Shown here piece after piece: positions 21,199 through 31,878 of a stretch of DNA of 64,000 bases. This DNA is from an uncultured Thermotogaceae bacterium. Its GTDB lineage: Bacteria; Thermotogota; Thermotogae; MWEM01. Position 1 is the first letter of the stretch. The number at the start of each line of letters is the position of its first letter. The notes beneath the pieces are model-generated. The model was not told the origin of the DNA and made no database searches. It saw nothing but the letters and a program-made list of their open reading frames with translations. The translations under genes and the position numbers were made by a program. Location: positions 193,493 through 257,492 of the forward strand of contig CAYWWY010000002.1 in the NCBI GenBank assembly GCA_964462525.1. Direction: 5' to 3'.

Positions 21199-22565
21199 CC
21201 GAAAAGGCTCCCGACTCTGGAGTCATCCGAAATGGAGCCATATGGATTGGGGCTCGGATTTTTCTGGTTGACATGCAAATCACCGGTAATACCATCACTT
21301 CAATCCAGCGGACCGGATTGATCAAACAGAATTCTGGGTGGAAGTACGATGCTCAGGGACAAACGATTCTCCCTGGGCTTATTGATCCTCATGTTCATAT
21401 GCAGCTCGATGTAGGTTCACATATCTCTGCAGATACATTTGCTTCTGGTAGCCGCGCTGCTGCATTCGGGGGCATCACTCTGTTGATGGATTTTACCGAT
21501 GTGGTCACGGAGGGGGAGGATCAGCTTTTCTTCTTCCTGCAACGCAGAAGGAAGGAAACAGCCGATTCCGTACTTCCGATTGCTCTTCACCTAACTGTTG
21601 CTGAACCCAAGATTTCTCCAGAGCGGTTGGTGGAAATTGCTATACAGGAGGGAATCAAAGGGATCAAAGTCTTTACGACATACAAAGATTCGGGTCGGAT
21701 GACCGGAACCGGTTACCTGCACGAGCTTCTGAGAGCAGCAGCCAGAAAGAATCGGCTTGTATTGGTTCATGCGGAAAATGACGACTTGATCTCTTATCAA
21801 GGAAAGAAGATGGAAGGCGCGCTTGTTCCCGTTTCAAAACTTCCTTTTGTTCGCCCTTCGATCTCTGAGTCCGTTGAGGTCATGAAAATCGCCCACTTGG
21901 TAGAAAAAACGGAAGCAAGTGTATATTTCGTCCATATTTCCAGCGGAGCGACTGTCGAAGAACTGCACCGAAAATATGGACATTTGCTTGGACGGAGAAT
22001 TTTTGTTGAAACATGTCCCCAATACCTCCAGTTGGATCAAGATGCATACCAAACCGGAAGGGGATTTTTATACGCTATATGCCCACCCTTACGAACGGTG
22101 GAGGATCAGAATCTATTATTGAAGCATCTCGCAGAAAAGCGAGTCCATACGGTTGGAACGGATCACTGTCCCTTTCTCTTCGAAGAAAAAGAAAAAGGGG
22201 CCTCAGATCTTTCCAAAATGGTCTATGGGATTTCAGGCGTAGAACTAAGCTTCTCTCTCGTTTTTAACCGACTCAAACCGATGCTAAAAGATGAAACGCT
22301 GGATCGGTGTTCCAAAGTCTTTTCTTCCCAAACAGCCAAAATTTTCGGTCTTTACCCCCTCCGAGGAAAAATCACCCCAGGCGCACCAGCCAACCTGACC
22401 TTTTTCGATCCAGCAAAGAAATGGACCGTCCATTCAAAGGAGTTGCGCATGAATACCGATTACTCGCCATATGAAGGCTTTGAATTGGAGGGGAAAGTGG
22501 TCAGCACCATGGTGGACGGCCGATTTTTGGTACAAAATGAGCAGTGGGTGGGTGGGAGAGCATGA
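21195..22565 (+). CDS. hyuA: Cyclic amidohydrolase, D-phenylhydantoinase (HyuA)-like
   Basis: Metal-binding DPHVHMQLD; long similarity to E. coli HyuA (..YFVHISSGATVEEL..VETCPQYLQLD..ICPPLR..GTDHCPF..NTDYSPYEGF..); 4-nt overlap with ygeW. Confidence 0.85.
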   Translation: MTEKAPDSGVIRNGAIWIGARIFLVDMQITGNTITSIQRTGLIKQNSGWKYDAQGQTILPGLIDPHVHMQLDVGSHISADTFASGSRAAAFGGITLLMDFTDVVTEGEDQLFFFLQRRRKETADSVLPIALHLTVAEPKISPERLVEIAIQEGIKGIKVFTTYKDSGRMTGTGYLHELLRAAARKNRLVLVHAENDDLISYQGKKMEGALVPVSKLPFVRPSISESVEVMKIAHLVEKTEASVYFVHISSGATVEELHRKYGHLLGRRIFVETCPQYLQLDQDAYQTGRGFLYAICPPLRTVEDQNLLLKHLAEKRVHTVGTDHCPFLFEEKEKGASDLSKMVYGISGVELSFSLVFNRLKPMLKDETLDRCSKVFSSQTAKIFGLYPLRGKITPGAPANLTFFDPAKKWTVHSKELRMNTDYSPYEGFELEGKVVSTMVDGRFLVQNEQWVGGRA

Positions 22566-23101
22566 CCGATCAATATCGCAACCTCATAGAGAAATATCCG
22601 GAGTTAACCCTTTCCTTGGGTGATGAACCCCGAAAAACCCCATTCTTTCGACCTTCTTTCGACCAGATGTATATGGCGATTGCATTAATCGTAGGAAAGC
22701 GCAGCACATGTTTACGCGGACAAATCGGAGCGGTTATCTGCAAAGACACCCGGATCATTTCGATCGGGTATAATGGCGCGCCTTCCGGTATGGCCCAATG
22801 TAATCAAGAAGGATGCATCATTGATACCCAACGCGGGGGGTGTATTCGCACCATTCATGCCGAACAAAATGCGATCGCCTATGCGTGTCGGATCGGAATC
22901 CCGATGGAACGCGCCACCCTTTACGTGACCCTGAGTCCCTGCATCGATTGTGCCAAACTAATTATCGCATCGGGTATCAAACGGGTTGTCTATTACGAAG
23001 CCTATCGCAAAGGATACGCGATCGATTTCCTCATCCAGTCTGGAGTTCAAGTGGAACACCTTCCTTTCGGGATTCAGGAAATGATCTCCCAATTCCCTTA
23101 G
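22562..23101 (+). CDS. Cytidine/deoxycytidylate deaminase-family protein (dCMP deaminase/ComEB-like)
   Basis: Zinc motifs HAEQNAI and SPCIDCAKLI; about 180 aa; ATGA overlap with the hyuA-like stop. Confidence 0.8.
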   Translation: MTDQYRNLIEKYPELTLSLGDEPRKTPFFRPSFDQMYMAIALIVGKRSTCLRGQIGAVICKDTRIISIGYNGAPSGMAQCNQEGCIIDTQRGGCIRTIHAEQNAIAYACRIGIPMERATLYVTLSPCIDCAKLIIASGIKRVVYYEAYRKGYAIDFLIQSGVQVEHLPFGIQEMISQFP

Positions 23102-23115
23102 AGCAGGTGGTTCAT

Positions 23116-24342
23116 ATGATTCAGGAACGGAATCAAACATGGTATATAGAAGACGCGCGTGCGCATGACATTGCGGACGAGTATGGCACCCCAACGTACA
23201 TATACAGCAAGCGCGCCATCCAAGAAAACATCCGAAAAGTAAAACTGGTATTTGGAGATGTTCCTACTCAAATCGGATTTGCATGCAAAGCCAACGATAA
23301 TATCCACCTGATGAATCTTATGGTGCAAGAGGGTTGTTCGCTTGATGTAGTAGGGCGCTGCGAATATCTTCTGGCACGCCACGCCGGAGCTTCCCCTGAT
23401 CAGATTGTCATCAACGGCAATGCGATATCTCTTTCGGACATTGCATTTTTCCTTAGAGAAGGGATCCACTCCATCAATATCGATTCTCACGAAGTTTATA
23501 GCCATGTGATGGATATGGTTGACGTCATACAGCCATCCATACGGCCTTTGTTTTTCCTCAGGGTAAATCCGGATGTTGACCCTTTGGTCCATCCCTACGT
23601 TTCTACCGGTCTAAAAAAAAGCAAATTTGGAATCCCGTTGGCGCAAGCAGAGGAGATCCTCGATCATGATCAGTTGGGCATTATCGGCATTCACGCTCAT
23701 ATCGGATCCAATCTTCAGGAGGTTTCCCCCTTTGTCGAAGCACTAGACAAACTAAGCGCTTTCGCGCAATCCCACCCCAAGATCCGGCACCTCAATATGG
23801 GAGGAGGCTGGGGGATTGACTATCTGCATGACGGAACCGCATTTTCGGTCGAGAAGTATCAGAAGCAGATCCTTCCTAAATTAAGCGGATTTGAACCGCC
23901 CGTTCTTCTTGAACTGGGGAGGTTTTTGATCGCAAACGCAGGGATACTCGTCAGCAAGTGCCTTTATCATAAGAAAGGGCACAGTCGGCATTTTTTGGTA
24001 TGCGATACCAACATGGCTCATTTGATCCGTCCCGCCTTATATCAATCCTTTCACAAAATCATCCCCTTGATCTTCCATACCGACCAAAGAGAGAAAACCA
24101 TTTACGATGTGGTGGGTGGTTTGTGCGAGTCAGGAGACATACTCGCTTGGGACCGTGAATTGGCAAGGGTGGAACCCGGAGAACTGATCGCCATTCTGGA
24201 TGCGGGCGCGTATGGGTTCTCGATGGCTTCGAATTACAATGCGGCCCTCCGCCCCGCAGAAGTATTGGTGGATGGCTCAAAATTCCGATGCATCCGGAAC
24301 AGGGAAACGATCGAAGACATTTTGCGATTGATGGAGGTGTGA
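23116..24342 (+). CDS. lysA: Diaminopimelate decarboxylase
   Basis: PLP fold-III decarboxylase; N-terminus ..[11 protein letters not shown]......FACKAN.. and C-terminus ..[14 protein letters not shown].. typical of LysA; start ATG 23116. The 500-aa listed ORF is a 5' read-through. Confidence 0.9.
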   Translation: MIQERNQTWYIEDARAHDIADEYGTPTYIYSKRAIQENIRKVKLVFGDVPTQIGFACKANDNIHLMNLMVQEGCSLDVVGRCEYLLARHAGASPDQIVINGNAISLSDIAFFLREGIHSINIDSHEVYSHVMDMVDVIQPSIRPLFFLRVNPDVDPLVHPYVSTGLKKSKFGIPLAQAEEILDHDQLGIIGIHAHIGSNLQEVSPFVEALDKLSAFAQSHPKIRHLNMGGGWGIDYLHDGTAFSVEKYQKQILPKLSGFEPPVLLELGRFLIANAGILVSKCLYHKKGHSRHFLVCDTNMAHLIRPALYQSFHKIIPLIFHTDQREKTIYDVVGGLCESGDILAWDRELARVEPGELIAILDAGAYGFSMASNYNAALRPAEVLVDGSKFRCIRNRETIEDILRLMEV

Positions 24343-25370
24343 ATTTGGCATTATCCTTGAAAAAGATCCCAATTCCTTACGATGTTGAGCTTATATACCT
24401 CTTCGGACAGAAAGACGTAAAACTCCGTTCTTTCCGAGAGCGATTTCAAGTGGACATCAGCGCAGTCGATGATGAAATTTGGGTACGGGGAGAAGATTCG
24501 GGACAGGTGGAATGCGCAGTTCGAATGCTTTCCGAGTTTGTGCGGATGGTTCAGTTGGGCCATGTTCCCGATGATATGGAAACAGAATACCTTCTCGACC
24601 GATACACCCAGATAGGCAAAGAATCTGGGCAATCCAACGATTCCATTCCCAAAGATGTAGGCTTTCAATCTCCCGTCCTTGGAGCCCAGAGCGCATTGCT
24701 AAAGATGGCCAAGGTCAAACCGAAAACCAAAGGCCAAGCCAAGTATTTGGAAGCAATGAAAGAATATGATATCGTTTTTTCCATCGGCCCTGCAGGTACA
24801 GGGAAAACCTATCTTGCCGTTGCTATGGCCGTGGAGGCGTTAAAGTCCGGAAAAGCGCAGAGAATTATATTGACTCGTCCCGCCGTCGAAGCAGGAGAAC
24901 GATTGGGGTTTCTGCCTGGCAGTTTAGTCGAAAAGGTGGATCCCTATCTCCGGCCTTTATATGACGCGCTCTTCGATATGATCACGCCGGAACGATTTCA
25001 ATTCCTGAAAGAAAAACAGATCATCGAAATTGCTCCATTGGCTTATATGCGGGGAAGAACGTTGAATCATTCTTTCATCATTTTGGACGAAGCGCAGAAC
25101 ACGACCCATCAACAAATGAAGATGTTTCTCACAAGGATCGGCTTTTACTCTAAAGCCGTCATTACAGGTGACATTACTCAAGTGGACCTTCAAAAGGGCG
25201 TGGCCTCTGGGCTGGTGGAATGCCAGTCGATTTTAAAAGGAGTCTCTGGAATATCCTTCGTTTCTCTGGGAAAACAGGATGTGATTCGCCATCCTTTGGT
25301 AAAAAGCATTATCGATGCATACGAAAGATTTGAGGAGACGCAACCAAATGCAGAATCGACGGATGGATAA
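24339..25370 (+). CDS. phoH: PhoH-family ATPase
   Basis: Walker [13 protein letters not shown], ..[18 protein letters not shown].., ..ILDEAQN..; start is GTG 24339 or TTG 24345, right after the lysA stop with a ggaggtg RBS. Confidence 0.85.
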   Translation: MNLALSLKKIPIPYDVELIYLFGQKDVKLRSFRERFQVDISAVDDEIWVRGEDSGQVECAVRMLSEFVRMVQLGHVPDDMETEYLLDRYTQIGKESGQSNDSIPKDVGFQSPVLGAQSALLKMAKVKPKTKGQAKYLEAMKEYDIVFSIGPAGTGKTYLAVAMAVEALKSGKAQRIILTRPAVEAGERLGFLPGSLVEKVDPYLRPLYDALFDMITPERFQFLKEKQIIEIAPLAYMRGRTLNHSFIILDEAQNTTHQQMKMFLTRIGFYSKAVITGDITQVDLQKGVASGLVECQSILKGVSGISFVSLGKQDVIRHPLVKSIIDAYERFEETQPNAESTDG

Positions 25371-26781
25371 AACGATTCCGGCTCCACAAATATTCAAGCA
25401 TTTCCAACGGTACGTTCGGATGAATTTGGAAATGTTCATCAATGCCCTATTCTTAAGCCTTGTGTCAACACTCACCTTTGGAAATCAACGGATCCTCTTC
25501 TTCCTCATGACTTTCTTTTTTTTATTCGCAATCGAACTCTTGATTTGCGAAACCGCTATTGTCAAAAACCGATTTTTCTTGTTGCACAGAAACTACCGTA
25601 TCACCTTTTATTCCGTACTCCTGTTTCAATGCACGCTAAACACCTTGGTGGGATTCTCAATGGGCCATTTGAGCGTGACCGTTTTCCTTGGGGTTGCGAT
25701 GGTGGCTATCCTTTTTGGGAAACGAGCCGGCCATGCGGCCGCCATTTTCATTGCCTTTCATGCCGGAATCCTGTTCCCCAGCAGCGCGCCGTATATTCTT
25801 TTCTTGCTCCTCACTGGTGTTGCGACAGCCAGTGTGGTTCAAGATATCAACCGTAGGATCGATCTCGCTCTGTATTCTTTTTTGCTCGGAGCGGTGAAAG
25901 GGGCTTTCTTCCTTTTATTGATGTATGCAGGATTGGAACGATTTCTCTTGATGGACCTGCTGGTTGTAAGCATTTTGCCTCCCATCTCTTCTGTTCTTGT
26001 TGTGGGGATCTTGCCTTATGTCGAATGGGGAAGCCGGATCTATTCCAACATCGGTCTGATGGAGTTGGGCAACCTGAACCAACCCCTCTTAAAAAGCTTA
26101 TTGGAGAATGCCCCAGGTACCTATTATCATAGTTTTATGCTGGCAAACCTTTCTGAAGCAGCCGCCGAGAAAATCGGCGTGAATCCCATCTTGGCGAGGA
26201 CAGGTGCGTATTTCCATGACATCGGAAAGATAAAAAAGCCGCTCTTTTTCGTTGAAAACCAAACGGATGAAAACCCGCATGATCTTTTGGCGCCCAATCT
26301 GAGTCACCTGGTTTTACAGGAGCATATCCGATATGGAGTCGAACTATGTGAAAAGTACCGCCTCCCGCTCCTTTTTCAAGACTTGGCCGCTCAGCATCAT
26401 GGAACGAGGGTTCAAAAGTTCTTCTACAACAAAGCAAAAGCCGCAGATTTGTCCGTAACCGAAGAACAGTATCGATACTTAGGACCCCGTCCGAAATTTA
26501 AAGAAGCAGGAATATTGATGCTTGCCGATTCAGTCGAAGCCGCCGCCCGGAGTATTCAAAATCCAAGCATTCAAAAGATCAAGGAAGTAGTCAATGATAT
26601 CATCAATGGGATCTATCTAGAAAGGCAACTGGATGATTCAGGCCTGACCTTGAAGGATATTGAAATCATCATCGAGGAATTCATTCGAGTCCTTCACAAA
26701 TTCTCCCACAAACGAATCGAATATCCCAAAGAAGAAATCGAGCTGATGATCGGTAAAAAAGGAGGCAAAGAAAATGGATGA
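25348..26781 (+). CDS. 7TM-HDIG membrane phosphohydrolase (YqfF-like)
   Basis: N-terminal multi-TM region plus C-terminal HD domain (HS.M.ANL...AA..IG.N....[10 protein letters not shown]); canonical phoH-7TMHD-ybeY order. Confidence 0.8.
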   Translation: MQNRRMDKTIPAPQIFKHFQRYVRMNLEMFINALFLSLVSTLTFGNQRILFFLMTFFFLFAIELLICETAIVKNRFFLLHRNYRITFYSVLLFQCTLNTLVGFSMGHLSVTVFLGVAMVAILFGKRAGHAAAIFIAFHAGILFPSSAPYILFLLLTGVATASVVQDINRRIDLALYSFLLGAVKGAFFLLLMYAGLERFLLMDLLVVSILPPISSVLVVGILPYVEWGSRIYSNIGLMELGNLNQPLLKSLLENAPGTYYHSFMLANLSEAAAEKIGVNPILARTGAYFHDIGKIKKPLFFVENQTDENPHDLLAPNLSHLVLQEHIRYGVELCEKYRLPLLFQDLAAQHHGTRVQKFFYNKAKAADLSVTEEQYRYLGPRPKFKEAGILMLADSVEAAARSIQNPSIQKIKEVVNDIINGIYLERQLDDSGLTLKDIEIIIEEFIRVLHKFSHKRIEYPKEEIELMIGKKGGKENG

Positions 26782-27274
26782 ACCAAAAGGCGCTGGTCTT
26801 GCCGTTGAACTAATGGCTACAAACCCCGATCGACAAGCACCCCTATCTCTGCCTCAAACACAGGCTATTGTCGACTATGTCATACCCGTGGGATTTGCTG
26901 GGCCAGGGTCTCGATTGAACATCATTTACACCCATGACGATGAAATGCGCCGCTTAAACATCCAATACCGAAACAAACAGGAAACCACAGATGTCTTGAC
27001 CTTCGCCTACCTAGACCAAGAATCCGAATGGGATATGGTTGGCGAAGAATCAACGCTCGTGGGAGAAATCTATTTCTCGGCCCAAGCGGTGGAAAGACAA
27101 GCAGCGGAAGAAGGCCATCAACCTTATGAAGAAATGGCTTTTCTTTTAATCCACTCCCTACTGCATCTTCTCGGAATGGATCACGAAACGGACCCAGATC
27201 AATCTCACGTGATGAATCAACTCCAGAACCAGTATTTCCAAGATATACGGAGCATACTCTCGGATCCCGTTTGA
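26774..27274 (+). CDS. ybeY: Endoribonuclease YbeY
   Basis: HSLLHLLGMDHE zinc motif; about 165 aa; conserved position after phoH/7TM-HD. Confidence 0.9.
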   Translation: MDEPKGAGLAVELMATNPDRQAPLSLPQTQAIVDYVIPVGFAGPGSRLNIIYTHDDEMRRLNIQYRNKQETTDVLTFAYLDQESEWDMVGEESTLVGEIYFSAQAVERQAAEEGHQPYEEMAFLLIHSLLHLLGMDHETDPDQSHVMNQLQNQYFQDIRSILSDPV

Positions 27275-27322
27275 TGGACCGGATTACGTTTTCCGAAAAA
27301 CATGAACAGGAGGAATGCAATC

Positions 27323-29089
27323 ATGGCTCGATGGAAAAAATGGGTTGTGTATCTATGGATCGCGGGAATTATTGGATTGAGCGCGGGGATTGGGGGAGAA
27401 CTTACTTTTTTATACCACCCCGACTATTACCCGTTGACATACGAAGAAAATGGAAATGCCGCTGGTTTGGTCGTAGAAGTGGCCAATTTGATTGCAGATC
27501 AGTTGGGAGACGCTATCCATTGGGAACCATGCTCCGTTGATCAGGCAATTGCTCGCCTTTTGGATGGAGATATGGTTTCATTGCCGACTCTCGTGTTTAC
27601 TGCGGCCAGAAAAGACCAATTTCAATGGGTTGGTCCTCTGGCGGTCAATATGACATATCTGTATGCTTCTTCAAAGGAGCCTTTGGTTATTTCTTCCATA
27701 GACGATGCCAAACAGGTGACTTCCATCGGGGTCGTTCGCAACTACTATTCTCATCAAATCCTATTGGAGTGGGATTTCAATAACTTGGTTGTATACGATT
27801 GCGAACATCAATTGTTCGAAGATCTTATCGCAAGCAAGCTCGTCCTCGCTCCTTTTAATTCAATGATTGCTCAAAGCGCTATGGTCCATGAATCCTCATT
27901 GCCGATGGTTCCCGTCATTCCCATTCACTTGGAAATGAACTTTTTGGGCTTCTCGAAAAGCGTCCCTTCGGACACCATTGCCGATTGGCAAAGGGTTTTG
28001 GATGAACTCAAGGATAGGGGCTCATTCGCTGAGATATACAAAAGGTGGATCCCGGATCATTATGTGCCCGGGGTATATTCCCTAATCACCGAAGAATACC
28101 CTCCTGTGACCTTCATGGGGGCGGATCATCGTCCTTCCGGATTTGTGGTTGAAATCGTGGAAGCGCTTATGGAACAGGTAGGAATGGATCAAGAGATTCT
28201 TGTCGCTCCCTGGGCAATCGGATACGATTTGGCATTGAACCTTCCCAACATTCTGTTGTTCAGCATGGATCGTACTCCTTTGCGGGATCCTTTGTTTGCA
28301 TGGATTGGACCCGTTGGAAGCAATACCGCGTATCTCTATGGAAGAAGGAGCTTTGAGCCAACCCTCCCCGATCTGTCAGCCGCAAAAGCATCTCCCGCTA
28401 TTGGCACTACCCAAGATTGGTGGACCGAACAGCTGCTGAAAGAACTCGGGTTTACCAACCTGAAAAGTTCTTTGGATCCGCGAGACACGGTACGTCAACT
28501 GATCCACGGAGATGTGGAGCTCGCGATCTTCACCGACCTAACCGCATCGTCTCTATTCGAATCCGCGGGATATTCCATCAATGATGTCGTTCCATTATTG
28601 CCTGTTTGGACACAAGACTTCTACATAGCAGCATCCGAAGGGACGCATCCGCATTTGGTCTATCAGATGCAAAAAGCTTTGGACGCCATGAAACGGGATG
28701 GCAGGTTCGAACGAATCATCCGTTCCTATGTACCGAGCATGTTGGTCACTCCATTGATTGGGAAATCGTCCACACCAGAACGGAAAGAACTAACTTGGCA
28801 GACAAACCTCTTGTCAATCGGGCAGTTCTCCGGAATCTCCCTGCCAGAAAACGCTGCGACTGGGTATATATGGTCTGTAGAGATTCGAAATCCGGAAGTG
28901 GTTTCGATCGTTGATCGGAGAGAAACAGCGTATGAATCTGACAAAATGCTCGTCGGCGCTGGATATCATGTGGAATGGACCTTTCAAGCACTGCAACTGG
29001 GCGAAACCGTGATTGTGTTTTCTCACTATCGCCCTTGGGAAACAGACCCTCCCATTCAAACCTTTGCCATTTCAATTCGGGTGGAATGA
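27323..29089 (+). CDS. Secreted or anchored protein: two tandem SBP_bac_3-like solute-binding domains fused to a C-terminal chagasin-like (I42) peptidase-inhibitor domain
   Basis: N-terminal signal/TM (WKKWVVYLWIAGIIGLSAG); two roughly 220-aa periplasmic-binding-like repeats; C-terminal about 105 aa with the chagasin motifs NAATGY (NPTTGY), VGAGY (GxGG) and YRPW; ATG 27323 has an AGGAGG RBS. Confidence 0.7.
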   Translation: MARWKKWVVYLWIAGIIGLSAGIGGELTFLYHPDYYPLTYEENGNAAGLVVEVANLIADQLGDAIHWEPCSVDQAIARLLDGDMVSLPTLVFTAARKDQFQWVGPLAVNMTYLYASSKEPLVISSIDDAKQVTSIGVVRNYYSHQILLEWDFNNLVVYDCEHQLFEDLIASKLVLAPFNSMIAQSAMVHESSLPMVPVIPIHLEMNFLGFSKSVPSDTIADWQRVLDELKDRGSFAEIYKRWIPDHYVPGVYSLITEEYPPVTFMGADHRPSGFVVEIVEALMEQVGMDQEILVAPWAIGYDLALNLPNILLFSMDRTPLRDPLFAWIGPVGSNTAYLYGRRSFEPTLPDLSAAKASPAIGTTQDWWTEQLLKELGFTNLKSSLDPRDTVRQLIHGDVELAIFTDLTASSLFESAGYSINDVVPLLPVWTQDFYIAASEGTHPHLVYQMQKALDAMKRDGRFERIIRSYVPSMLVTPLIGKSSTPERKELTWQTNLLSIGQFSGISLPENAATGYIWSVEIRNPEVVSIVDRRETAYESDKMLVGAGYHVEWTFQALQLGETVIVFSHYRPWETDPPIQTFAISIRVE

Positions 29090-29135
29090 TTGGTTCAACC
29101 AGCATTCCAAACCTTAGGAGAGGAGAGGGATCCAT

Positions 29136-30038
29136 TTGGCGATCAACATATTCACCAAACAAATCATGATGCGGCGTGTGATCTATTCATTGATCCCCAT
29201 CTACGCCTTTGCGTTTTGGGCTTATGGGTGGCATTTGCTTGTGCTGTCTCTCGTTGTGTTCGCAGGAGGGATTTTTTCCGAATACATGATGGAAAGGCGG
29301 CAAAAGAAGAAAGTCAGTGAAGCGGTCCTTGTTACCTGTATGCTCTTCACTCTGTCCCTTCCACCGTTAACTCCATGGTGGATCGCATTGATCGGGATCT
29401 TGTTCGGGGTAATCATCGGAAAAGAAGCCTACGGGGGATTTGGAAGGAACGTCTTTAATCCAGCCATTGTCGGGCGGCTATTTGTTTATATTGCTTTCCC
29501 AGGAGAAATGACAGCCCGATTTCTCGTACCCGGTGGATTTGGCTCAAATGCTATAACTTCGGCCACCCCGCTCTCGATTCTTCGGGAAGGAGAAACCCTC
29601 TCCATTTGGAATACGTTTATCGGAAACCGCGCCGGCGCTATGGGGGAGGGACCGATTCTTTTAATCTTGCTGGCGGCAATCTACCTCATGTACACGAAGA
29701 CTGCAAGTTGGCGGATAATCCTTTCGACATTGGCCAGTTCGTTTGCACTCATACTTGCCCTCGATATCTTTGGGGTAGCGAGGGCTCTACCGGTTTTCCA
29801 TTCCTTTATATCGGGAAGCATTCTTTTTGTGATGGTGTTTATGGCGACCGATCCGGTTTCAGCTCCCAAGAAACCGCAAGCGCAATGGCTGTATGGTATG
29901 ATCATCGGAGTATCCTCTGTGCTGGTTCGAACCTTTTCCCTCTTCCCGGAAGGCACGAGCTTTGGCGTGTTGATCGGAAATACCTTCGCCTCTCTGATCG
30001 ATCTGAAATTCTCGAAACCAAAGAAGGTGAATTCATGA
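29136..30038 (+). CDS. nqrB: Na+-translocating NADH:quinone oxidoreductase subunit B-like (NqrB/RnfD family)
   Basis: Polytopic membrane protein; covalent-FMN threonine motif ..ITSATPLS..; TTG start after RBS aggagaggagaggga. Confidence 0.85.
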   Translation: MAINIFTKQIMMRRVIYSLIPIYAFAFWAYGWHLLVLSLVVFAGGIFSEYMMERRQKKKVSEAVLVTCMLFTLSLPPLTPWWIALIGILFGVIIGKEAYGGFGRNVFNPAIVGRLFVYIAFPGEMTARFLVPGGFGSNAITSATPLSILREGETLSIWNTFIGNRAGAMGEGPILLILLAAIYLMYTKTASWRIILSTLASSFALILALDIFGVARALPVFHSFISGSILFVMVFMATDPVSAPKKPQAQWLYGMIIGVSSVLVRTFSLFPEGTSFGVLIGNTFASLIDLKFSKPKKVNS

Positions 30039-30652
30039 AAAAAGAAAGCAAAGTCTATTCAGTCCTTTTCACCTTCGGGATAACCTTTGTCTTGGTCGCT
30101 CTGCTCGCCTTAGCTAATGAAAGCACAAAAGAACCGATCGCTCGGAATAACGAGCTCTTTTTTCGAAGGGCAGTCCTCTTCGCCATGAATATCCCCTATG
30201 ATCGGATCGATCAGGTATTTGATCTCTATAGCAAAACAGTCACAGAGAGAACCACCGATCAAGGGATTTTGTATCAAGCTGTTCAAGACGGAGAAACTGT
30301 GTTTGCGATGAAATTCGCTGGAAATGGGCTTTGGGGGACGATCACGGGTATCGTAGCCATTTCCGAAGACGCTTCGCGGATTGTAGGAATCGATTTTGTC
30401 GAGCAGAATGAAACCCCTGGATTGGGCGGCCGGATTGATGACCTTTGGTTTAAAGAGCAATTTCGGGGTGAAGCCATCCCTGAGGGTCGAATTACCATGC
30501 TGCGTTCCGCAGGAAGACTGGGCGATCCCGATTCCGATAATGCTGCTGTCGATGCAGTCACAGGCGCGACCCTAACCTCCGAGTCTGTGGAGAAGATCCT
30601 GAACCAATACCTGCACACCCTTCAAAACCTGGTTCGCGAAGGGAAGAACTGA
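30035..30652 (+). CDS. nqrC: NQR subunit C-like (NqrC/RnfG family, FMN-binding)
   Basis: Single N-terminal TM helix; FMN_bind domain with ..DAVTGATLTSE.. covalent-flavin motif; ATGA overlap with nqrB. Confidence 0.85.
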   Translation: MKKESKVYSVLFTFGITFVLVALLALANESTKEPIARNNELFFRRAVLFAMNIPYDRIDQVFDLYSKTVTERTTDQGILYQAVQDGETVFAMKFAGNGLWGTITGIVAISEDASRIVGIDFVEQNETPGLGGRIDDLWFKEQFRGEAIPEGRITMLRSAGRLGDPDSDNAAVDAVTGATLTSESVEKILNQYLHTLQNLVREGKN

Positions 30653-30653
30653 A

Positions 30654-31283
30654 ATGGCATCCAAATCGGTGCAAATACTCACAAATAATGTGTGGGGAAA
30701 CAACCCGGTATTCGTGCAAATCTTGGGCATCTGTTCTACCTTGGCAGTCACCAATGATGCAACGAATACCCTGATTCTTTCGATCAGCGTCACCTTTGTT
30801 ACTGCCTTATCCAACTTCTTCCTTTCCATCATGAAAAACTGGATCCCGAGAAAAGTACGAATGATCATTCAAACCTTGGTTATCTCTTTCTTCGTAATCT
30901 TGGTGGACATCGTCCTTCGAGCCTTTCTCCCAGACATCAGCAAAGCGCTGGGTCCGTATGTGGGTCTCATAATCACCAATTGCATCATCATGGGTCGAGC
31001 GGAAGCTTTTGCGCAGTCCAACAAACCAATTCTCTCTTTTTGGGATGGATTAACTACGGGATTCGGGTTTATGATCGTCCTCATGACGATTGCCATATGC
31101 AGAGAAATCCTGGGATTTGGTTCCATCTTTGGCTTTCGGTTGCTACCAGAGTCGTTTGTCCCTTGGACCATAATGATCATGGCTCCTAGCGGGTTTTTCA
31201 TGCTGGGAATCTTTATCTGGATCGCGCGCGGGAATTACTTAGCAAAAACCGCGACAAAAAAGAATCAGGAGACAAAACCATGA
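30654..31283 (+). CDS. nqrD: NQR subunit D-like (NqrD/RnfE family)
   Basis: About 209-aa integral membrane protein with the conserved ..GPYVGLIITNCIIMGRAEAFA.. segment. Confidence 0.85.
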   Translation: MASKSVQILTNNVWGNNPVFVQILGICSTLAVTNDATNTLILSISVTFVTALSNFFLSIMKNWIPRKVRMIIQTLVISFFVILVDIVLRAFLPDISKALGPYVGLIITNCIIMGRAEAFAQSNKPILSFWDGLTTGFGFMIVLMTIAICREILGFGSIFGFRLLPESFVPWTIMIMAPSGFFMLGIFIWIARGNYLAKTATKKNQETKP

Positions 31284-31873
31284 CGCCTCCCATCAACGCT
31301 TTTATCCTTTTCTTTGCAGCGATATTTACTTCCAATATTCTCCTGACCAACTTCTTGGGTATGTGTTCATTCATTTCGGTTTCCAAAGATTTCAAGTCTT
31401 CTAATGGACTGGGGATGGCGGTAACTTTAGTCATGACCCTCACAACTGCTGTGAACTGGGTTGTCCTGCATTCGGTCCTCATTCCTCTTCATCTGGAGTA
31501 TCTCCGCTATATCGTTTTCATCATAGTCATTGCCGCCGTTGTGCAGATCCTTGAGATGGTGATCGACCGGCTTTCTCCCTCTTTGTATATTAGTCTGGGG
31601 ATCTTTCTCCCCTTGATCACCGTCAATTGTGCTATATTGGGTGTTGCCCTGTTCATGCAGCTTCGCCAATATAGTTTTTTTCAATCGGTTCTTTTTGGCG
31701 CTGGTTCCGGAATCGGTTGGTGGCTTGCCATCCTTTTGCTGGCCGCAATCCGGAAACGGATTGACAAAAACCCAATACCTCCTGCCTTGCAAGGACCAGG
31801 AATCACGCTCATAACCATCGGGATTATGGCGATGGCGTTCATCGGTTTTGCAGGTATGCTGAGCGTTCAATAG
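31280..31873 (+). CDS. nqrE: NQR subunit E-like (NqrE/RnfA family)
   Basis: About 197-aa six-helix membrane protein; ..FLPLITVNCAILGVALF.. conserved Cys segment; 4-nt overlap with nqrD. Confidence 0.85.
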   Translation: MTPPINAFILFFAAIFTSNILLTNFLGMCSFISVSKDFKSSNGLGMAVTLVMTLTTAVNWVVLHSVLIPLHLEYLRYIVFIIVIAAVVQILEMVIDRLSPSLYISLGIFLPLITVNCAILGVALFMQLRQYSFFQSVLFGAGSGIGWWLAILLLAAIRKRIDKNPIPPALQGPGITLITIGIMAMAFIGFAGMLSVQ

Positions 31874-31878
31874 GAAGG

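Noticed and set aside
22840-24342. 500-aa ORF spanning the deaminase gene and lysA; similar 5'-extended ORFs at 18255..18887, 20122..21198 and 29606..30652
   Set aside because: These are simply the downstream gene's frame staying open upstream. The true starts, with RBS, lie downstream, and the upstream parts overlap real genes in other frames.
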